NCBI GenBank assembly: GCA_044448765.1
Contig: JBIOHG010000012.1
Location: 4,504-68,503 of the forward strand
DNA from: Sphingobacteriales bacterium
GTDB lineage: Bacteria; Bacteroidota; Bacteroidia; Sphingobacteriales; Sphingobacteriaceae
DNA: 64,000 bases
Direction of reading: 5' to 3'
In this document: positions 57,642 through 64,000 of the stretch, piece after piece
How the letters are laid out: each line of letters starts with the position of its first letter
Position numbering within the stretch: the stretch's first letter is position 1
Made by a program: the position numbers and the translations under genes
The notes under the pieces: generated by a model
The model's input: the letters and a program-made list of their open reading frames with translations, nothing else
Database searches by the model: none
Told to the model about the DNA's origin: nothing

Positions 57642-59066
57642 ATGAAAAAAATACTCATCATTGATGATGAAGTGAATGTTGCGTTATTACTGTCGAAGTT
57701 TTTGACGCGCAATGGTTTTGAAATTACTACTGCATCGACTGGTTCAAGTGGTTTGGAGTTCCTGAAAAATGGTTCTTTCGACCTTGTTTTATGTGACTTC
57801 CGCCTGGAAGATACCGATGGCCGCGAGATGCTGAAAACCATCAAAACAGATTACCCCAAAACCGGTGTAATTATCATCACCGGGTACTCGGATATAAAAA
57901 TGGCTGTTGAGCTCATCAAGATGGGCGCTTATGACTATATCACCAAGCCGCTCTATCCCGACGAGATATTAAATACCATCAATAAAGCTTTTGAAACACA
58001 TCATGCTTTAATTGATGCGCCCGAATCTATTACGGTTACTAAACCAACCAACGGTAAAAAGCCGCAACTGCCAAACAGCGATTTTGTTGTAGGCTCGAGC
58101 AAGGCATCAAAAGAATTAGCACGACAGATTGAATTAGTTGCCCCTACCAATTACAGCGTCATCATTTTAGGCGAAAGCGGTACCGGCAAGGAATCGGCTG
58201 CCAAAAATATACACCTGCACAGCCAGCGTGCCAGTATGCCATTTATTGCAATGGACTGCGGTTCGTTAACCAAGGAATTGGCAGCAAGTGAATTCTTCGG
58301 TCACGAAAAAGGTTCGTTCACGGGCGCTTTATATACTAAAATAGGCCACTTTGAAATGGCAAATGGCGGCACGCTGTTCCTGGACGAAGTAGGTAACTTA
58401 TCCTACGATATACAAGCCGCTTTATTGAGGACGGTACAAGAGCGTAAAGTAAAACGCATAGGCAGCACCAAGGAAATTGATTTGGATGTACGCATTATTA
58501 TAGCTACTAACGAAAACTTGCAGGAAGGTATACTGAAAGGCCGTTTCAGAGAAGACTTGTACCACCGCTTTAACGAGTTTACCATTTACATGCCTGCTTT
58601 ACGCGAATTAGGCAGCGATATTATGTTGCTGGCTAATCACTTTTTGCAAACAGCAAACCAGGAATTGGGTCGCAATGTAACCTCATTCTCCCCGGAAGTA
58701 GAAGAATGTTTTCTAAACTACCGTTGGAATGGCAATATCCGCGAGCTGAAAAACGTGATCCGACGCGCCACGCTGATCACCGAAGGTGATGTGATCCAGA
58801 TAAAAGCGTTGCCGCTTGAGATATCAAACTACAGATCGACACCAGCATATGAACCTGTTAATATGGAACAGCAACATTATGAGCCGGTACCGGTAGTTAA
58901 AGAAAGCAAGCATGACCTTAAAAATGCTGCGCAGGAAGCTGAATATGATACCATACTGAAGGTATTACGCGAAGTAAATTTCAACAAAACAAAAGCTGCT
59001 GAAATATTAAACATCGACCGGAAAACGCTTTACAACAAAATGAAGGCTATTAACCTGAGCAAATAA
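57642..59066 (+). CDS. Sigma-54-dependent response regulator (NtrC family)
   Basis: REC domain, GESGTGKE, GSFTGA, FREDLY.R and Fis HTH. Confidence 0.94.
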   Translation: MKKILIIDDEVNVALLLSKFLTRNGFEITTASTGSSGLEFLKNGSFDLVLCDFRLEDTDGREMLKTIKTDYPKTGVIIITGYSDIKMAVELIKMGAYDYITKPLYPDEILNTINKAFETHHALIDAPESITVTKPTNGKKPQLPNSDFVVGSSKASKELARQIELVAPTNYSVIILGESGTGKESAAKNIHLHSQRASMPFIAMDCGSLTKELAASEFFGHEKGSFTGALYTKIGHFEMANGGTLFLDEVGNLSYDIQAALLRTVQERKVKRIGSTKEIDLDVRIIIATNENLQEGILKGRFREDLYHRFNEFTIYMPALRELGSDIMLLANHFLQTANQELGRNVTSFSPEVEECFLNYRWNGNIRELKNVIRRATLITEGDVIQIKALPLEISNYRSTPAYEPVNMEQQHYEPVPVVKESKHDLKNAAQEAEYDTILKVLREVNFNKTKAAEILNIDRKTLYNKMKAINLSK

Positions 59067-59067
59067 C

Positions 59068-59280
59068 ATGGCAGAGCCCGGCAAGGAAGATACATTTGAT
59101 GGAGACAATATTCGCAGGGTACGCCACGATATCCGGAACCAGCTCTCCAACATCAACCTTGCCGTTGAACAACTGAAGTACGAAATACCCGACGATGTCG
59201 GCTCCGACAGTGAATTTTATATCACCACCATTGCCACAAGCTGCGAAAAGATCAACCTGCTGCTTAATGATCTTAGTTAA
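59068..59280 (+). CDS. Stand-alone HisKA (DHp) domain protein
   Basis: H-box RHDIRNQLSNI in a 70-aa protein with no ATPase domain. Confidence 0.75.
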   Translation: MAEPGKEDTFDGDNIRRVRHDIRNQLSNINLAVEQLKYEIPDDVGSDSEFYITTIATSCEKINLLLNDLS

Positions 59281-59365
59281 ACTGCCCTTTAACATATTTT
59301 AACGCGCTGACTAAAAACTTTTTAGCGCATCTTTGTTTATAGGTTGCACTTATTGCAGTTTTCCT

Positions 59366-60415
59366 GTGTCAATTTTTAACTATAAACAGCGCAACAGTAT
59401 CATATTGGTCAGTATTATCATACTGGGCTGTTTCCTTTTGTATGCTATCAGCGGCTTATTTAGTTCCATTTTAGGCGCTATCATCTTATTTACCATTTTC
59501 AGGCCGGTTTACCTTAACCTGGTCGAAAAAAGGAATTGGAATAAAACCATGGTTGCCCTTATGATCATGTTCACCTCGCTTATTGTCATTATTATCCCCA
59601 TGTTGTCATTGAGTATTATGGTGGTTGATAAGTTGTCAGGCATTAGCAGCAAGTCGTTTCCGATCCAGGATTGGATATACAAAATTGATATTTTCGCGGC
59701 CCATCACCTGGGGCAACCGAAGTTTGCCGAAAATACGCTTCAAAAACTTGGTACTTATGCAACCGAGCTTTTCCCTTCGATATTAGGCAGTGCGGTAAAT
59801 ATTATTTTAACACTCCTGGTAATGTATTTCCTCCTGTTTTTTATGTTCACGCAGAACAGGGCTTTCGAAGCTGCGATACTTAAATATGCCCCATTTCGCG
59901 AGCAGCACGCCTTAAAATTTGCAGTTGCTTTGCGCAACACCACGTACGGCAACGTACTGGGGCAGGGTTTAATTGCCGTTACCCAGGGTACTTTGCTGGC
60001 ATTGGGCTTTTATGCCTTTGGCATTCCCGACCCTATATTTTGGGGTGTCATTGGTTCCTTCATTTATTTTTTGCCCGTAGTAGGCGCACCCACCTTAACC
60101 ATTCCGGCAAGTATTATTTTATTTGCCACAGATCATACGATGAAAGGTGTGTTCCTGCTTGCCTATGGCTTATTATTCATTGGCAATGTGGACAATGTTT
60201 TAAGAGTGCTCATTAACAGGAGGGTTGGCAATACGCATCCCATTATTTCGGTTATAGGCGTATTTATCGGCATACCTATTTTCGGAATATTGGGCCTGGT
60301 TTTCGGTCCGCTGTTATTATCTTATTTCTTACTTTTGCTTGAGATTTATGAAACCAACCGCCTTGCTGCCGACAGGCTTGAGCGCATTAAGACAGGGCCG
60401 GAAAACGAAACTTAA
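59366..60415 (+). CDS. AI-2E family transporter
   Basis: Multi-TM; P.VG, DN.LR and G..FG..G...GP motifs; GTG start. Confidence 0.9.
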   Translation: MSIFNYKQRNSIILVSIIILGCFLLYAISGLFSSILGAIILFTIFRPVYLNLVEKRNWNKTMVALMIMFTSLIVIIIPMLSLSIMVVDKLSGISSKSFPIQDWIYKIDIFAAHHLGQPKFAENTLQKLGTYATELFPSILGSAVNIILTLLVMYFLLFFMFTQNRAFEAAILKYAPFREQHALKFAVALRNTTYGNVLGQGLIAVTQGTLLALGFYAFGIPDPIFWGVIGSFIYFLPVVGAPTLTIPASIILFATDHTMKGVFLLAYGLLFIGNVDNVLRVLINRRVGNTHPIISVIGVFIGIPIFGILGLVFGPLLLSYFLLLLEIYETNRLAADRLERIKTGPENET

Positions 60416-60566
60416 ACAAATGTTTTTTTGCTAAGGGAGAATAAATTTCCTATATTAAGAGCAATAAATCATAAAAAAAAATGGGCTGTAAAGTTCTGTT
60501 TTTCAATAATTGACAGGATATTTAACCATTTATAAAACAAAATGTCGAACTTAAAATTATAGTATT

Positions 60567-60833
60567 ATGACCGATAACTCAAAAGTAGTAGTTGCATTGC
60601 TGTTAGGGATAGCAGCAGGGGCAGCATTAGGAATATTATTTGCACCTGAAAAAGGCACCGAAACCCGCGATAAACTTTCAGAATCGTTAAAAAAATTAGG
60701 CGATTCGATAAAAGAAACCGCAGCTAATGAAATTGATAACCTGGTGGGATTAAAGGACAAGGTTGTTGATAATATAAAAAGCAAGATGGGTTCAGTTGAG
60801 CCGGAATTACAGGATGACCTGGAGCACGCCTGA
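60567..60833 (+). CDS. YtxH domain protein
   Basis: GAALGILFAP.KG.ETR motif. Confidence 0.9.
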   Translation: MTDNSKVVVALLLGIAAGAALGILFAPEKGTETRDKLSESLKKLGDSIKETAANEIDNLVGLKDKVVDNIKSKMGSVEPELQDDLEHA

Positions 60834-60866
60834 TTGGCAAACCGATAGTACCCATAATTGAACACG

Positions 60867-61214
60867 ATGGAAAACAAAGACGAAAAAGAAACGCCTCCTC
60901 CCATTATTGATCAGCTAAAAGAGTATGCCGAAACGCAGATAAAGCTGGCAAAATTGGAGGCTATTGATAAAAGCGCAACCTTTTTGGCAAGTTTTGTTAC
61001 AGACATGATCATTGCGTGCGTGTTTTTACTTACGTTCCTATTCCTGAGTTTTGCCGCCGGTTTTCTATTGTCAACATCAGTATTCCATTCGTATGCGGCT
61101 GGTTTCGGATGCATGGCGGGGATATATTTTGTTATCGCCGTCCTTATCATACTATTAAAAGACAAAATACAGGTCCCTATTACCAATCTCTTTATTAAAA
61201 AATTCTTTGAATAG
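60867..61214 (+). CDS. Holin-like (YqjE-type) 2-TM membrane protein
   Basis: Y.E....L.KLE followed by two TMs; follows YtxH. Confidence 0.75.
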   Translation: MENKDEKETPPPIIDQLKEYAETQIKLAKLEAIDKSATFLASFVTDMIIACVFLLTFLFLSFAAGFLLSTSVFHSYAAGFGCMAGIYFVIAVLIILLKDKIQVPITNLFIKKFFE

Positions 61215-61216
61215 CC

Positions 61217-61633
61217 ATGTCAGACCTATCTATAAATACCGCCGGTGATCTTAAGGCTGAGATAGTCCGGCTAAGGCTGCTAAAAGATGAGCAGGGCAAA
61301 GCTATTGGTGCACGTTTCAGTTCACCGGGGGCTACCTTTTCCACTATATTTTCGTTATTCCCAAAGCCATCAGGTAGGGCAATAAATGACATTTTCCACC
61401 AGGATATTTTTGGTGTTCTATCGCGCATATTGTTGCCATTAGCCTTAAACAAAACATTGTTCCGCAATTCAAATTTCATCATGAAGGGTATTGTGGGTTT
61501 CCTTTCGCAAAAGGCGTCACATTTTATCAGCGAAGACTCGGTTATTGGCTTATGGGATAAAGTAAAACACCTTTTTGATAAGAAAGAAAAAAAAGAAGAC
61601 TACGGCATCCCGCCTGAGAGCGAAGCTTCTTGA
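61217..61633 (+). CDS. Hypothetical protein
   Basis: 138-aa ORF coupled to the upstream gene. Confidence 0.75.
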   Translation: MSDLSINTAGDLKAEIVRLRLLKDEQGKAIGARFSSPGATFSTIFSLFPKPSGRAINDIFHQDIFGVLSRILLPLALNKTLFRNSNFIMKGIVGFLSQKASHFISEDSVIGLWDKVKHLFDKKEKKEDYGIPPESEAS

Positions 61634-61635
61634 GA

Positions 61636-61740
61636 AGGTTAAAGCTAAAAGGCGAAAGGTAAAAGGTCAATTGCCCTTTAAAAACTTAGCCTCTTCGATG
61701 TAAAAACCTTTATCCTTTTACCTTTCGCCTTTATCCTTAT
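61636..61740. repeat. Inverted heptamer tandem repeats (AAAGGYN / CCTTTNN)
   Basis: aaaggcgaaaggtaaaaggt followed by cctttatccttttacctttcgcctttatcc. Confidence 0.75.
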
Positions 61741-61749
61741 TTTTGCGGC

Positions 61750-62397
61750 GTGGGAAAAGATAAATTAAGACGATTCGCTGAAATAGATACTTTCAGCAAT
61801 GTTTTTCAACTCGATGCGGGTAAACCGCTTAAAGGCAATTGGGCTTCAGAATTCTTTAAAAATAATAACCCAGTAGTATTGGAGCTGGCCTGCGGCAAAG
61901 GCGAATACACGGTTAACCTTGCCCAACTGTTCCCTCAAAAAAACTTTATCGGCATTGATTACAAAGGTAACCGGATATGGCGCGGAGCGAAAGATGCTTT
62001 GGAAGGCGGTGTAAACAATGTGTGCTTTTTGCGTATTCAAATTGAAATGCTGCTTGATTACTTTGCAACTGGCGAAGTGGACGAGATATGGATCACCTTC
62101 CCCGATCCGCAGCCGCAGATCAGTCGCGAAAAAAAACGATTAACCTCTCCGCGTTTCCTCGAAATGTATAAACAAGTATTAAAGCCCGGCGGTGCAGTTA
62201 ACCTGAAAACGGACAACGACGATTTTTATGCTTACAGTCTTGAAAAGGCAGCCGAATTTGGGTTGAACGTCTATATCAATACCGAAGACCTCTATCATTC
62301 CGAATATGCTGACGAAGTGTTATCCATAAAAACCTATTACGAAAAGAAATATTTGCAGCATAACAAAAATATCAACTACCTTAAGTTTTCATTCTGA
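61750..62397 (+). CDS. trmB: tRNA (guanine-N7)-methyltransferase
   Basis: LELACGKGE, FPDP, KRL, KTD and TYYE motifs. Confidence 0.95.
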   Translation: MGKDKLRRFAEIDTFSNVFQLDAGKPLKGNWASEFFKNNNPVVLELACGKGEYTVNLAQLFPQKNFIGIDYKGNRIWRGAKDALEGGVNNVCFLRIQIEMLLDYFATGEVDEIWITFPDPQPQISREKKRLTSPRFLEMYKQVLKPGGAVNLKTDNDDFYAYSLEKAAEFGLNVYINTEDLYHSEYADEVLSIKTYYEKKYLQHNKNINYLKFSF

Positions 62398-62402
62398 TAA
62401 CA

Positions 62403-62735
62403 ATGCCCGACTATAATTTTTACGATTCGGTTTACCAGGTAGTACGGTTGATCCCGCCGGGGAGGGTAACATCGTATGGCGCTATTGCCAGTTACCTTGG
62501 CACCAAAGGGTCGTCGCGAATGGTGGGCTACGCCATGCAGGCCTGCGGTAATGCCAATCCGCCAGTACCGGCGCACCGGGTGGTGAACAGACAGGGATTG
62601 TTAACGGCTAAGTTTCATTTTGGTGGCGAACGCATGGCTGAAATGCTGCGAAGTGAGGGTGTTGAAGTTGTTGAGGATCAGATACAAAATTTTAAAGCTG
62701 TATTCTGGGACCCGGCAATAGAATTAGAGTTGTAA
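62403..62735 (+). CDS. Alkyltransferase-like (MGMT family) protein
   Basis: IP.GRVTSYG.IA and PAHRVV (no catalytic Cys). Confidence 0.9.
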   Translation: MPDYNFYDSVYQVVRLIPPGRVTSYGAIASYLGTKGSSRMVGYAMQACGNANPPVPAHRVVNRQGLLTAKFHFGGERMAEMLRSEGVEVVEDQIQNFKAVFWDPAIELEL

Positions 62736-62766
62736 CGTTTTTATCTAAACCATTTACCCTATCCTT

Positions 62767-64000
62767 ATGAAAAAATTATTCGCATCCTTATCTGCACTAT
62801 TTCTGATAGCTAATAGTTCATTTGCCCAAAACACAACTTTAAAAGTAACGTTAGCTAATTCGTCATCCACGAGCTACCATATCTGGATACCGGGGTTAAA
62901 CCTCAATTATCAGAAAAAGGGTTCATTTGATGTGTCGTTAAATGCATCGGGCACAGGTACGCATCAATTTACGTTTAATAAACCGCAATATGCTTATCTG
63001 ATGTATGCAAGCAGCGATGCTGACAGCGCCAAGACATGGTATTATATATTCTATCTGTCACCCGGTGACAATATTAACTTTAAGGCCGACTTTAAAAGCA
63101 TTGATAATGGTATAGTAGTTACCGGTAAAGGAAGCAATAATAATCAGCCATTATTATCTGTCCTGGCAGGTGCAAGTGTACAGACTATGTATGGCGATAC
63201 TCTACCCGGTCGGATAATAGCATTTGCCAATAAGCACCAGGCCGACCTTAAAGTTGCACTGGAAAAATATATTGGCCTTTATAAGCCAAGTCCCGACTTC
63301 GTGAAAAACGAGCTATCTAATATTAAATATGATGCGGTTTACCAGTATTATGAATTCAAAGAAAATAATAAATACAGACTAAAGGACCCCTCTGACATCT
63401 ATAAAGGCAAATGGAAAGCTACACAGGATAGTTTATTTGCTACCATAAAATTAGATAATGACGAGGCTTTAGGTGCCATTAATTATGAGCTTTTAATACA
63501 GACATTCATGGGACGTGAAAAAGAATATTTATGGACGCAGAGTTATAAAAATCCTGAAGCATTTTTCAAAGAATGGTACAATACAGATGTAATAACCGGG
63601 AAAAAAGAGTTCGATGAAGATGAACAAAACTTGTTGCAGGAAAAGATCATCAACCATTTTTTCACCCATCGTTCGGCAGAATTTTTATATGGTGCTTTGT
63701 TTGATAATGCAATGAGCGAACATAACCCCGAGAACATCGTATCCATTTACGATGGATTTAAGCAAAAATATCCCAACAGTGAGTATATCAGTTTGTTTGG
63801 GCCTTCTATCGATACCATCAGGCAACAGGAAACCAAGCCACTTTCAGCGGACTATACACTTGTTGCTGATAACGGCACCAAACTGAATACGATGGAAGAT
63901 CTGCTGGCGTTAACAAAAGGCAAAACGGTGTTGTTGGATATGTGGGGAACCTGGTGCGGGCCTTGCCGGAATGAGATACACGATAATGGGCCCGCTTTAA
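62767..64000 (+). CDS. TlpA-family thioredoxin-like protein (3' end beyond the window)
   Basis: Signal peptide MKKLFASLSALF..; in-frame LLDMWGTWCGPCR near the window end. Confidence 0.85.
   Translation, partial: MKKLFASLSALFLIANSSFAQNTTLKVTLANSSSTSYHIWIPGLNLNYQKKGSFDVSLNASGTGTHQFTFNKPQYAYLMYASSDADSAKTWYYIFYLSPGDNINFKADFKSIDNGIVVTGKGSNNNQPLLSVLAGASVQTMYGDTLPGRIIAFANKHQADLKVALEKYIGLYKPSPDFVKNELSNIKYDAVYQYYEFKENNKYRLKDPSDIYKGKWKATQDSLFATIKLDNDEALGAINYELLIQTFMGREKEYLWTQSYKNPEAFFKEWYNTDVITGKKEFDEDEQNLLQEKIINHFFTHRSAEFLYGALFDNAMSEHNPENIVSIYDGFKQKYPNSEYISLFGPSIDTIRQQETKPLSADYTLVADNGTKLNTMEDLLALTKGKTVLLDMWGTWCGPCRNEIHDNGPAL

Noticed and set aside
60867-61214. Holin-like gene as prophage evidence
   Set aside because: YtxH/YqjE-type cellular context; no phage genes nearby.

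Overview
Bacteroidetes chromosomal window, probably Sphingobacteriaceae (Mucilaginibacter-like). This is inferred from gene content, TAnnTTTG promoters and repeat families. Left to right: the 5' part of metH with a SAM-I riboswitch; two small AT-rich membrane ORFs with a duplicated 231-bp element; tex; an AsnC regulator divergent from two tandem ~115-nt tRNA-Asp(GUC)-like RNAs with large covarying variable arms; GH97/GH16/GH5; modABC; an ECF sigma/anti-sigma module with a Met-rich peptide and an MsrPQ-like system, whose promoter motif recurs before msrB; a CxxC/RAPP leader ORF with metal-uptake genes; a cfa/DUF1365/FAD-oxidoreductase/desaturase lipid-modification cluster; an Lhr-like helicase; an M16 protease; amino-sugar and peptidoglycan recycling genes; an AT-rich defence island (~46.4-53.2 kb: toxin-antitoxin remnants, MvaI/BcnI-type R-M with C protein and Vsr, and a dUTPase/Dcd-fold membrane protein plus HAD phosphatase); glnS; and housekeeping/stress genes. 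The best candidates for an undescribed system are the AsnC-linked tRNA-Asp mimics and the dUTPase-fold-TM/HAD pair. All calls were made by eye from motifs; no database searches were run.
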